Below, in pieces: positions 26,601 through 38,743 of a stretch of 64,000 nt of DNA. The stretch is taken from contig MU626262.1 in the NCBI GenBank assembly GCA_025603075.1, positions 124,001 through 188,000 of the forward strand. Reading direction: 5' to 3'. Positions within the stretch are counted from its first letter, which is position 1; the number at the start of each line of letters is the position of its first letter. A program made the position numbers and the translations under genes. The notes beneath the pieces are model-generated. The model worked only from the letters and a program-made list of their open reading frames with translations, was not told where the DNA came from and did not search any database. The DNA comes from Neoconidiobolus thromboides FSU 785 (taxonomy: Eukaryota; Fungi; Entomophthoromycota).

Positions 26601-27774
26601 TTATTATTGTGTAAGTTACCAATTTTTCCAGGGTATTTATTCCATTGAATATTAGGTCTAACTGCATTTCCTTGACTTGATAAAAACATACCTATTTTAA
26701 AAACAAACGATAAATAATAAATAATATCAAATCTTAATAACAAAATTTGTTATATAATTAATATTTACCTAATACATTATTTTGATCAACTGTTAAAGTT
26801 ACTAAAAACTCATCTTCATCAATTATTTGAATTAATGGAATTTTAATATTTTGAACCGGAAATAACTTCATTGTAAACTCTTCGTAAATCGATAACATAG
26901 AATAATGGGTAGTATCTGAAATACAAATAGTAGTTGGATTAATTGCTATATTGGTTATTGTATCTGTCCATGTAATTTCCTAATTAAAATGAAATTGTTG
27001 TTATTTATTATTTATTATTTATTATTTATTATTTATTATTTATTATTTATTATTTGTTATTTATTATTTATTGTTTATTGCTATTGAGTCAGTAGATTGG
27101 AGTTAAATATGAATGAAACTTACTTTAATTAAATTAATTTCATTAGATAATAAATAAATTTGTATTAATCTTCTTCTTGTTATAGCCAATAAACCTAAAT
27201 TAGAATGGACTTCTTTGGCTATGTAATACGAATAATGTTGAACTCCTTTAATAGAAGTGTTACTGGCTACAAGTTTTAAATTCAAGTCATAAAATCTTAA
27301 TGTATTGTCTAATAAAGTGGAAAGCTGGGATTAATAATTTATTATGGGAATTATAAATCTAAAACTGAATTGATTAACTTACCACATAATACAATTAACC
27401 ATTTGAATTTTACAATAATACTTAACTTTTCAATCTTCTTATTGTTATTAATCAATAATTGAGTTATGAGTTGTGGAACTTCATTCTAGTTAAATTCAAT
27501 TAATTATTTCTAATTTAAAATAAATAATTCTAATAACTGATTACTTTTCCTTTATCAATAGTAAACTTTAATATACTACCAAAGTTAGTACCAATAAACA
27601 ATAAATTATCTATTGAAAAAATCAATAAATTTGAGTTAATATCTCTAGTTTCAGTATATTAATTATTAATTATTTACCTATAGCAGCCGTATAACTAATA
27701 CAATTAGGTTTTAATCCTATTTGATTTATATCAACAAGTTTTTCCAAATTATAAAATTCAAGTTCATTGTTCAT
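23607..27774 (-). CDS. Vps39/Vam6-TGFBRAP1(Vps3) family tethering subunit (CNH domain, helical repeats, C-terminal Zn/RING-like), many exons
   Basis: Mostly missed by the ORF track. ATG 27774 MNNELEFYNLEK; CNH-like LFIGTNFGSIL, LAITRRRLIQIY, GMFLSSQGNAVRPNIQW..YP, IEYPFIISY; C-terminal DDKCTICDQIL...FIHSQC then stop at 23607. Internal exon borders only partly resolved. Confidence 0.8.
27001..27077. repeat. (TTATTTA)x11 heptanucleotide tandem repeat inside an intron
   Basis: 11 units, 2 imperfect; expands the intron at 26980-27123 to 144 bp. An (ATT)n run also lies near 26586-26608. Confidence 0.95.
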
Positions 27775-27994
27775 AATTTAATGTTTTAAAATATTTAAAA
27801 AATAATATTAATTTTTTTGCTTTAAGACTTTTAGTTAAATTTGAACATTGAATTGCATCTCAATTTCCAATTGGTCAAAAATCTTAATTTCAAAAATAGT
27901 GACACATATTTTAAAATACATTCAAAATTTTATATTAAAATAAATCATCAAAAACTGAAAAAAATAGATTAAACTTAAAAACAGATGTTGTATT

Positions 27995-29709
27995 TTATTG
28001 ATTTTTCTTTTCACTTTTGTTCGATTTAACAAAGTAAGGTAAATACACCGTTACAGCGAATGCTAAAATGACCCCAATATGACCAATAAAATATACTTGA
28101 TAATAAACATGAAGATAAAGACTAGGTCTTAATAAACCAAAGGCAATAATAGCATATAAAAGAGCGAATGAAGTATAAAGGTAACACATAAAATTAACTA
28201 TTTTTCTACTTACTGAACCCTCGGTTAGCTTAGTAGTCCATGGTTTCAATTGAGTTTGTAACTTCTTTTCAATAAAAGTATCAAAGAATTCCAATATAAA
28301 AGTCACCATATAACCAGAATGAAACCCATGCCAAATAGAAAGGAAGACTAAAGAACCAAGTTGAGATAAATATTTACTATTTAAAAACCTTAATCTTTTA
28401 AATACATATTGTTTAATCCAAAAATTTGTATTAATGTTAAAACAAGCTATAATTTCATCAAGTGAAGTAGCTGTTTCAAAGGCATACTAATAAGCAAAGG
28501 ATTAATGTTTTTGTTAAGATTAGATATTATTATTATAAAAATAACTTACAGTATCTATGTTGGTTAAGCCATCCCATTCGGCATCGCCTTGTTGATTATA
28601 CCCATTAAAGGAAATACCCGATAAGATACAGGCACCTTTAAAATAGTTAATAAAAATTGATTTGTTACTAAATCAAAGTCAACTTACCTTCATTTAATTG
28701 CCAAATACCAAGATACTAAATTTAAAGCAATAAATTAACTTATTATAAAAAAACAAAACTGATATCAATTTACCTTATTAATTAACCCTCTACCAGTAAT
28801 CCATAATACTAGTATTCTCATAATTAAATTCAATTGAGTGTATTCTTCAGTAAGTAAATAAGCTGCTGGAAAATAAAGATCTAATACTTGTTGTAATGCA
28901 AGATAGGCTATTCCTTTAATGAAACATTTCATAGCAGCGGATTCACTACCTTTAGGCAATTGATTTTCATGATCCAAAGATAAATTTTCATTGTTAATGA
29001 ATTTTTGATAAAGACTAAAAGAGAATTGAGGGCCTACTAAGAAAGCAGAGAAGAAATAAGAATAGCCTAAAAAGTGGGAAAATTTAGGTAATTCGACTAA
29101 TTTGGTTTCACCCGAAAAGGAAACGGGTTGTTTTTTTTTAGGCATTGACGGAACTACTGGAGTATTAGCTTTTTTTTCTAATACTGAAGTTTCCGGTTGA
29201 GTTTCTTTGGATTGATTCGAAATTTCCTTTTCTTTCTTTTCTTTCTTTTCTTTCTTTTCTTCTCCATCATAATAATCAAATCCAAAACCCATCATTCTTA
29301 AACATAACACACATTGTGGCATAGTCCAAGTTAAATCATAATCAACACCCATATGAGCATAATATCCTGTTAATAAATAAGTGGCATTAAATAACCAAAC
29401 AGCAACTACAGCTAACTTTCGATTTTTCAAGATACCACCTAATCCATAACATAATCCATACGTCATTGAAATGGTAATAAAACTATGTTTAATATCTAAG
29501 CCATTAAATAAGATAGCTAAAAACAAGCCAGTTAGTGTAACATAATAATTTCTCAATTCAGTTTGTTGAGATGGGGAGATGTTAGCTATAGGAAGGATCA
29601 ATTTATTTTTATAAATTGAAGCAATGGGATAACCGAGTAATACGGTGATCAATAAGCGTAATACATTTTGTGGTACACCAATTAAATTACTTAATAATGA
29701 AAATACCAT
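27995..29709 (-). CDS. ALE1: MBOAT lysophospholipid acyltransferase (Ale1/LPCAT3-like), multi-exon
   Basis: ATG 29709 (MVFSLL); WTMPQCVLCLRMMG, YSYFFSAFLVGPQ and SIWHGFHSGY (catalytic His) motifs; C-terminal KSEKKNQ. Confidence 0.88.
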
Positions 29710-30453
29710 CTTATTAGTTGTAAATAAAGATATAAAATGGATACTAAAAAGATGGAAGATTTTCTCAATGTTTGTTAAATGATATTTTATAATACCAAAT
29801 CTTAAGATTTTAAGGAGAATTATCGGAGCTTCCAATGAGTACAAAATTGCTTTTTTTAGTAATTATTTTTTAATGCGAAGGCTAGGTAAAAATTAGCCCC
29901 GAATGAAGATTACTACTATAGAAGGTGGAGTTAATAAGGAAGATGCTCAAGTTAATAAATTCCATGTGAAAAATAAAAATAGAAGTTTGAAGGTTGATGA
30001 TCAAGCTATCCTGAAGAAGTTTAACAGCGTTGATGTAAGTATAAGTAAGTGAAGGTTATAAGAATGATTATGGTGGGAAAATTTCGTTCAATTTTGAAGC
30101 AAATTGAATTCATTTTGAGGGATAAAATAGAATGAATTTGTAAATAAACCTATTTTTTATTGTATAATATGATGGAAAATTAAAATTGAGTGGAAAAATA
30201 AGATAAATTTGATTCAGTTTAAAAATAAAAAACGGACAAGCTCTTTTTATAGAAATTTAATTGTAAATCTTTTAATATTTCAACCTAAAAAGTGAATAAT
30301 AGTTAATTATTAATGTTTTTCTTAATTTTGATATAATAAGTTAAGACCTTTTATATTAAATTGAGCATCTAAACTATAGTTTTAATTTATACAAAATTTT
30401 CACTAAAATTTATTGCCTAAAAATGGACAAATATTATTTACAACATAAAATAC

Positions 30454-30554
30454 ATTTGGGAATATATTTTGTATTTAAGAATTTTGCTAACAATTTTTCC
30501 ACTCAAATAGCGCTTAAAAGATAGAAAGAGTGGAGAAAAAAAACATCCTCATTT
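30454..30554 (-). mobile_element. ~105-bp palindromic MITE-like repeat, copy 6
   Basis: ...GTATTTAAGAATTTTGCTAACAATTTTTCCACTCAAATAGCGCTTAAAAGATAG...CATCCTCATT. Confidence 0.8.
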
Positions 30555-32014
30555 GTTATTTTAATCTGATAAATTTCTTACAAAAAAGTCTATGAAGTTA
30601 AAAATGATAAAAACATTTAAATTATAAATTACTTTATTACTTATATAGGAATAATATGGATTGTACAACAAATCAATATTATTTCAAGCCATCACTTTGT
30701 CAATAGAAAGAAATCGATTTTTAAAAAATAGCAGGATTAATTGCTTAACACCCAAATTAGATAGTGGAGGTTATTTATAAAAATTATTTAAACTAGAATT
30801 ATATAAGAAATCTATACGTAAACTTATCTTTATTAGAAATAAGGGGGGAAACACTGGCATTTTTTTTCAATTTAATTTTTATAGTTTTATAGTTTCTATT
30901 TTACTGAAATTCATATAAATTCCTATGCTTTATAAATGTTTTTACTTTATAAATAAATATGTATTGAAACGCTTAATTTCCCCAGATTGTTTCCTTAGTA
31001 TTTTTGAGTTTATAATTAATTGAAAATGGCATCATCTATTGAAATACTTTAAAAAAATAATAACTTACAATAAAATAGATTATTTCAATCAATTGTATAA
31101 TCTATTTAATCTCGGTTTATAGAATAACTGATTGATTAATACAAAAAATATTACCTAAAAGTAGGAAGCCGAGTTAAAGTTAAATATTTTAATTGATTAA
31201 CTAATACAAATGTTAATTTATCTTTTATAAAATGAATTTGAAGTTGTATTATTGGCTCAAATAAAAAAATATCTTTTCCATGTTTCAAATTAATTGCTGA
31301 CTTTAAATCATTGAGTCTAGGTTAAGAACCTTCAAAAAAAGAAAACAAAACAGTTAATAAATTAAATTATTAAATTTGCAGTTAATAAAAATAACAATTT
31401 ATAAACATAAAAAGATGTAATATCACATTGCAAAGTAGAAGTATGTGTATTGGCAGAGGTTAGCATATTAAATTTAATAGTTACTTAGTGAAATAATCAC
31501 ATTGAAAGAATTAAGTTTTTACAAGTTTAAAAAGTTAAAATATTAAGTGGGGTAAATTCAATAAGTAAGGCTCCAAAAATAAACATGTTTTGATTTATAC
31601 TTAAAAAGTTAACTTTTTTTTTTCTTTTTCTTTAATATATCAAAAAAACTATTATATATGACTACTGCTTGTTTGCTTTTAGGTCACAAAGGAGTATACT
31701 GGAACAAAGTATAGTAGGGATAAAGTTTTAATTTTTTATTATTTGATTATTATTTAGAATAAATACATTCGAAGAATTTTAAGGAGGGATTACTAAATAA
31801 AGAAATAAGAGGGCTAAAATGGATAAAAATTCACTATACTTTAATTAAAAGGGAAATGAAACATGTTTTAAAATGAAGATGATTGGTTCATTGAATCTTC
31901 GTGCTTTTAGGCAATAAAAAGAATATAAAATAGGAGGCTTTTAATATTTTCTACTATTTTTTCTCAAGAAAATAATATTAATAGCATTTTATAAAATAAA
32001 ATAATAGTAGAACT

Positions 32015-32977
32015 ATGTCCAAATTAATGATTGCAAAAGATAATATTTATTTTCAACTAAGTAATGTTAATAGTAATAATAGTACTATTAAATTTAATAA
32101 ACAATCAAATGAACAAGTTTTAGATGATGAGACTATGAATTGGAAGGAGTTTATTAATGAAAGCGATGGTTGTCAATTCATAAAACTAAAATATAATAAG
32201 CATGATTACCAAAACAATTTAGCAGTAATATCAACTTTGGAAGAAGATCGTCCTAATCCAGCTGATAAATCTCACTCTAATACAAGAGCTTCGACTATTT
32301 TACCAAATACCCTTTATTACGCACCTGGTAGTAATCCAACGGCAATAAATCGAGCTAAAACTAAAGAAAGTAATCGACTTAGCTACTGTAACTCTTTCTA
32401 TAATTCAAAGGAAATCTCTGAAAATGAAAATAGCAATGATATAGTTTATAGCTTTGAAGCTAATAGAAGAATGAAACGAATTTCAATGATATCTACCAAT
32501 TCTTGCCCAGAAAATAATACTTCACGTGTAATCAATAATACATGTAAATTATCACGCTCAAGTTCCTTTGCAAGTAGTAAAAGTGGAATAACTGAGGCCG
32601 GTGCATCTATTGGATTATTAGAAAACAAATATAATAAACAAACAAATGATAAAAATAACCCAACACGTTTAAAAAGTATAATTAAAAAAGGGTTTATTAA
32701 ACCAATATTTAAATCTTTCCAGAAAGAGAGTAATCGAAGTGGTATTATTAAAAGGGTAAATTTTATTTGATATTATTTTATTAAAAGTATTTATTGATGT
32801 TAGGATGATAGCAATAGCAGTAAAAAAGAAAGACAAATGGCGGAAGAATTATCTTTAATGGAATTGGCTATCGATAATGATAACAATCAAAGATCTAGAC
32901 TTAGAGAACAAAGATATGGTAATGAAAAACTCCATTCCTTTAAGAGTATACCCTACCTCAAATCGTCAATTGAATAA
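32015..32977 (+). CDS. Hypothetical N/S/K-rich, probably disordered protein (2 exons, ~304 aa)
   Basis: Exons 32015-32755 and 32804-32977 joined by a 48-bp GT-AG intron give 915 nt in frame; no recognisable domain. Confidence 0.7.
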
Positions 32978-33442
32978 TTCCTTCAAGACCTTGTGTAATT
33001 TTAGTGTTTATATAGCATTTTATTATTTAATAAATTATTAAAAATTCCACTTTGACTTTTTATTTATAATTTAACTAATATTTAAAGTGTTTATTTAAAC
33101 CTTTAAGTTCTACAATAATTAAGATATTTTAAAATAGTTAGCAATAGAGAATTTTAGGGTCTCATATTATACATATTAGTAACAAATTTATGGTACAAGT
33201 AGAAAACACCCAAATAAAACTAAATTGGTATGTTTTTATGATAAGTTAAAAAGAATTTTCTTGAATTTTAGGCGGCTTGAGGAATGGATAAAATGTTTAA
33301 ACCAAAAATCTGTTCCTATATATTAACTATATAGCACTTAAATGTTTTTTATATTAGATATTAGAAGCAGTTTGTTTTCCATTTTCTTTTATTATAGAAA
33401 TAGCGTCTTTGTTTAATTATGATTTTTATTTTATTTTCTATT

Positions 33443-33547
33443 AATCGGAGTATTTTTTTTGATTTCATTACTTTTTCCATCTTTTAAGCGCTATTTGGTG
33501 GAAAAACCTACTAGTAAATTCTTAAATAAAAAAACACCCCCCAATAT
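33443..33547 (+). mobile_element. ~105-bp palindromic MITE-like repeat, copy 7
   Basis: ...TTTCATTACTTTTTCCATCTTTTAAGCGCTATTTGGTGGAAAAA...CACCCCCCAATAT. Confidence 0.82.
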
Positions 33548-34517
33548 TGTTTTTAAAACTTGTAAAATTTATTATATCAAAGTTGTTTACGATTTTTATC
33601 CTATAATATCACTAATTGCTATATTTTATGTTAGGTTTCTCTTATGTTTATTTCAATAAAAAACAACTAAAACTATTTTTATCATAATTTTTTTCAAAAC
33701 ATTAACATTAAAAGCAAATTAATAATTTCTTTTTAATTGTAAGCTTTTTAGTAATTAAGTTTATGATAAAAGATTTATTGTACTTAAACCATTATTTTGA
33801 TAGAATTTCTGACTTGATGTATTTATTTTAAAGTATCATATTATAATATATAGAAGTAAACTTAATCCTTCTTTATTTTCAAGTACTAACTTACATGGGA
33901 AATAGTATGATATATATATTTTTAAACTTTATTCATATTTAAATTTTAATCTTTCAAAGAAAATTCTGCATGAAGCTTTAGTTAAGCTACATTTTAATGT
34001 TATAACATTTTTAATAATATGAATTTATTGTTAAAAAGATACTCTTATAATTGATAAAAATACAAAATTTTTGACCTGAGGCAAAGGAAGCTGAAGTTGA
34101 AATGCTTTTATAAACAAGGTTTTATATTTAAAAATCAGATAGTAATTATATTAAGTAACAAATATTTTACGAAAAAATTAACATGTCTGGTGCTATAATA
34201 TTTAGAAACACTGCCTGAGTTATTTATTCAAAATACGTTAGCTAATTTCTAAATTACCTAAATTTGTAGCATGTTTATTTTGAATTTTTACGCAAACTTC
34301 CTAACCAATAACTTGACCCAGGCCTATAAAATCCCATAATAAGCTGGAACGATCGATTTTTAGGAATAGAATGATCAAACCAAATACTAAGCGTAAATGC
34401 CCAAATGATAATAGTTAAATATTAGAGTGGGCAATTATTTTTTCATTGCACAGATTCAAAAAATACAAAAAAAGATCTAAATAATCAAAAGTAGCATAGT
34501 TATTTTTATATTTAATA

Positions 34518-36893
34518 ATGTACTATGCCAAAGTACTCTATTTTGATATAAGTATAAAGGATACATGCTTAATAGGGGTCTACAAACTAATAGGAAAAAA
34601 TAAAATTAATGATGTCAACCTTTATCCTTTTATTTCTAATCAGTTTTATCAACGATTTATAGTTAATACTTCAACGAATATAGAAAAAAATCAAAAGGAA
34701 TTGGTTATTGGAAAGATGATTGCGGAAACAAGTCTTTATATAAATAAAAGGTTTAATGAGACAAGAGACGAGAGGTTTAAAGTTTTTTCAAAAATGGAAT
34801 TAAATAATCCGTTACTGTATTTCAAAAGAGACAATAGCACATTAATAAGAGAGAAAACAAAACCGATAATAAATAGTACAACAAATAACAAAGTCAAGAA
34901 CCCGCTTTTTAGAATAATAAGTTTAATTAATAATAACAAGTGTTTCCCAAGGATAACTAAGGAGTTTAGGAGAACAAAGTTAGATAAGTTAGATACTTAT
35001 CAATATGAAATGGAAGAGTTGATAATACTAGTCGATTGGATGGAAAAAATAGAACATTTATATATAGATTACAAAAAAAGTTTTTTTTGGTTTTATGAAC
35101 ATGTTCTATGCGTTATTCAATTCGTAGTAAAAAACAAACAAGATTCAATACCTTTTTCTCAGGTTGAAACATTATTAAAGATATTTCGTAAATTATTGAG
35201 GTTTCATAATAAAGATGTCAAGCTACAAAAATTATACATTAAGACAGTCAGTTATTTATTATTAGATGGGCATAAGTTTCATGTTTCGGAGTCATTAGTA
35301 TTGGCCTTAGAAAAAAGTAATTCATTTTCCTTTACAGTTAATATTTTAGGGTTATTAACTAAGATATGGCTATCTGAAAAGAGTTTTAATATGCTAAAAT
35401 ATCCGATCATTAGGCAAAAATTAATTGATGCTCCGTGGAAGAATTTTACATTAGATTTAGAATTAAAGGAAAAATATATGCTAACAAACAAAATAAAAGA
35501 AGTGTTGGATAAAGATAATTTCAAAGGGTTTATAGAATTAGGAAAATTTTGGGGTTTTAATGGGTGTATTGGTGAGGCTTTAAATCTATTAACAGTACTC
35601 AAGTTATCTGATGAGGTGATGTTTAGACAAGAAATCAAGAATTATGACAAAGAGTTATTTAATTTAATTAATATATTTGAAAAGCAAACAATAACAACGC
35701 ATCATGTGGATTTATTATTAATTTTTCAACCAAAAAATGAATATATAGCGTTATTTATTAAACTTATGAATCAAAAGATGACCGAAAAAAAAATAGATAA
35801 TGATTTATATATATTGAATTTGAATGTGATCCGATTATATTTATTAAGTTTAAATAGAGATAAAGGACTATTTGATTACGAGTTATTAGTTGATATTTAT
35901 TGCCAATTAGGTCAAATGAATAAAGTCGAAGAAATTTTGTCTATAATAGAAAGGAATAGTTATATATTAAAACCAATGGTAGTAACAAAGATATTGACTA
36001 AGAAGTTTAAATCAAGTAACATTTTAAAATATGAAGAGTTGTTTCAGAGATTTATTTCGTTAACTAATATGAATATTGTACATTTAACTTTACTTCTAAT
36101 GAAATATGGTGATCATAAGGATTTATTCCATAAGGTTCTTGATATTATTAAGTTTATAGAGGAGCCAAATAATGAAATTTCACCAGATATCGTTACTTTT
36201 CAAGTACTTTTAAACATATTTATAAGCCAATATAGAAAGGATTTATTAAATTCATATTTAAAGGGGTTAGAGAAATACGAAATGAATCCAGATCTAAAAG
36301 TTTATACAACACTGATAAACTATTTTGGTCGATATAAAACAGCAGAGAAAATCATTCCGCTTTTGAAACAGATTCACGATAAAAATATGATAATAGATTT
36401 ACCTTACCTTAAAGTATCAATCAGAGCCCTAAATTCCATTCAACTACCTTTAAATTTTACTGAAGAGATATTTAGTACTTCACTTATAGAAATATATAGA
36501 AATAACCCAAGTTCAGGTTATGAAATGATAAAGTTATTAATTCTCGAATTAACTTCAAATCCAGAAGCTATAAAAGCATTTACAATAAGATTTTTAGATA
36601 TTTGGGCTTCTTCTCCCTCCCCTTCCAGTTACCCACATTTTATTGAAATTATTCACCTCTTAATTCGGGAGTTATTCAAACTAAAAGAAGATAGATTACT
36701 GACGCTGATTTGGTATTATCTTAAATATAATCCAATTAGATCAACGTTAATCAAGAGAAGTAATAGGGTCAACTTAGCTTCAAAGTCTAGAGAGGTTATA
36801 ATAAATTCACAACCTAACATATTATTTAAGGATGATGCTGATGGAGCGTTGATGTGGGCTTTAGATAGAATCAAATTAGAAACTAGAAAATGA
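34518..36893 (+). CDS. Pentatricopeptide-repeat (PPR) protein, intronless
   Basis: 791-aa ORF; PPR-like motifs PDIVTFQVLLNIF, PDLKVYTTLINYFGR, YCQLGQMNKVEEIL. Confidence 0.75.
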   Translation: MYYAKVLYFDISIKDTCLIGVYKLIGKNKINDVNLYPFISNQFYQRFIVNTSTNIEKNQKELVIGKMIAETSLYINKRFNETRDERFKVFSKMELNNPLLYFKRDNSTLIREKTKPIINSTTNNKVKNPLFRIISLINNNKCFPRITKEFRRTKLDKLDTYQYEMEELIILVDWMEKIEHLYIDYKKSFFWFYEHVLCVIQFVVKNKQDSIPFSQVETLLKIFRKLLRFHNKDVKLQKLYIKTVSYLLLDGHKFHVSESLVLALEKSNSFSFTVNILGLLTKIWLSEKSFNMLKYPIIRQKLIDAPWKNFTLDLELKEKYMLTNKIKEVLDKDNFKGFIELGKFWGFNGCIGEALNLLTVLKLSDEVMFRQEIKNYDKELFNLINIFEKQTITTHHVDLLLIFQPKNEYIALFIKLMNQKMTEKKIDNDLYILNLNVIRLYLLSLNRDKGLFDYELLVDIYCQLGQMNKVEEILSIIERNSYILKPMVVTKILTKKFKSSNILKYEELFQRFISLTNMNIVHLTLLLMKYGDHKDLFHKVLDIIKFIEEPNNEISPDIVTFQVLLNIFISQYRKDLLNSYLKGLEKYEMNPDLKVYTTLINYFGRYKTAEKIIPLLKQIHDKNMIIDLPYLKVSIRALNSIQLPLNFTEEIFSTSLIEIYRNNPSSGYEMIKLLILELTSNPEAIKAFTIRFLDIWASSPSPSSYPHFIEIIHLLIRELFKLKEDRLLTLIWYYLKYNPIRSTLIKRSNRVNLASKSREVIINSQPNILFKDDADGALMWALDRIKLETRK

Positions 36894-37731
36894 ATGATAT
36901 AATTTAATATAGTTAATTGTTTATAGCTAGCTCATTTTTTAATTTTATTATTATTTATAAGTATAAGCTAATACATAAATAGCTATTTATTTATATTATC
37001 GATAACTTTAAAAGTTTGTTGAATAAATTTATTAATTATGATGTTTAATAAAAGTTTTATATTTTTATGAACCTATTTATTTTTTTGAATGAATTTCATT
37101 TTTTTCTTGATTTTAATTAGTTTAAAAACAATCAATCAGCTTTTCTCAATTCAACCAGATTTTTTAATTAAATTTTTTAATACAGTGCATAAAATTTAAG
37201 TCAGCTGTACTCTATTTTAATTCAAATAAATGCAGTAATATTGTTAATAAAATATTAAATATAAAATTAAATAAGAGTCAAAAAATTGATAGTACGATTA
37301 CTTAATGGAGACAAGAATTTTAATCTTACTTTATTTTAGAACGACTTTTTTATGGTAACAGCTGACAATAATACATCCTCACTCAATCCCGCTTCTTCTA
37401 CATTCTATTCTAAGCTAATTTATATAAAAATAGATTTAAGGGCTGTAAATGTATTTTGTCATATCAAAAGTATGTACTCTCAAATTAAAGTACCTCCATA
37501 AAATCGAATGGTTCTTTACTTCTTACTTCCCCTTGTTTATACCTTCAATTAAAATGAACAATATCCCTTATTTGGATATATGTTCCGCTATATTTTCACA
37601 AATAAGATGCTTGAAGGTTTCTTTAGCATTTTAAAAAAACGTATCATATAACTTCCTTTATTAAAAACCACTATAAAAGTTAGATCTAAAAATTTTATTA
37701 ATTTATTGTAAAAAAGTCTTTTATAGTTTTA

Positions 37732-37822
37732 ATATGGGGGTGTTCTTTTTAGTTTCATTACTTTTTCCATTTTTTAAGTGTTATCAATAAAATTTTTAAA
37801 TAAAAAAATATATTCCCTTATA
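37732..37822 (+). mobile_element. ~105-bp palindromic MITE-like repeat, copy 8 (internal deletion)
   Basis: ATATGGGGGTG...TTTCATTACTTTTTCCATTTTTTAAGTGTTATC...TATTCCCTTATA; lacks the GAGTGGAAAA arm. Confidence 0.75.
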
Positions 37823-38743
37823 CTATTTTGTATTCAGTAATAATTATAAAAATATAGGAATGCCTCTTCATTTCATTATTTTGTCCATTTCCTACTCTGT
37901 AAATTTCAAAAACTTCGTTAGCCAAACAGTGAAAAAAAGACATTCGTCTTAGACAGGTAAAATAATCGAACATTTGCTTAGAGTTTACATATTTTATATT
38001 TAATTTTAAAACTAAATTAGGATATTTCAACTTCAATCTTGATTATCTATTAGATTATCGATCTTACAATGATACACGCTTGTTATTATATTTTGAGTAG
38101 AAATAGATAACATACTAATAGAGTAATTTGATAATGAAAAGGAAATTTGATTTAAATATTGTTTTATTATTGGCCCAGCATGTAAATTCACTATCGTTAT
38201 TTACATGTTTAAACAATGTAGGTACTCATAACGCTATAAGTTTTGATTTGTATACTCTACAACAAGTATGTTAACATCAAGTTTTTAATAATTCCCGTAA
38301 GAATTTCACAAGAATAAATAGGTCATTAGGAAATAACAAGTCACAGATAAGGAAAAGTGAGACCGAACCACTTATTTATTTTTATACCAAATGTATTTTA
38401 TTTTTGATTTAAATAAACTTTTAAGAATAATTAGTTGAAACTTCTCCACCTTTTGCTCCCTTATTTTACTTATTTGTACAGATAGTGCTTAAAATTTCAC
38501 ATTTTTTAGAAATTATATGATTTAGCATGCATAACTTAAAAGAATTGTGATGAATATTATTAGCTTGTTGATTTTTATGCAAATCAACGGTAAGCTTTAA
38601 AAGTAGGAACCAATCACAACTAATACGAAATAGTAATTGTCTCAAGTTCTAATTCACTTAATTCAAGTATTTCAATAAATCAAATAATATTTATCTTTTT
38701 ACTATCACTTTACTCAAAATTAAAGAGATAATTGAAGATTTCG

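Noticed and set aside
37440-37640. Minus-strand interrupted frame (…HSILWRYFN…) resembling a BED zinc finger or TE relic
   Set aside because: The required Cys/His ligands are absent and there are two in-frame stops; similarity is too weak.
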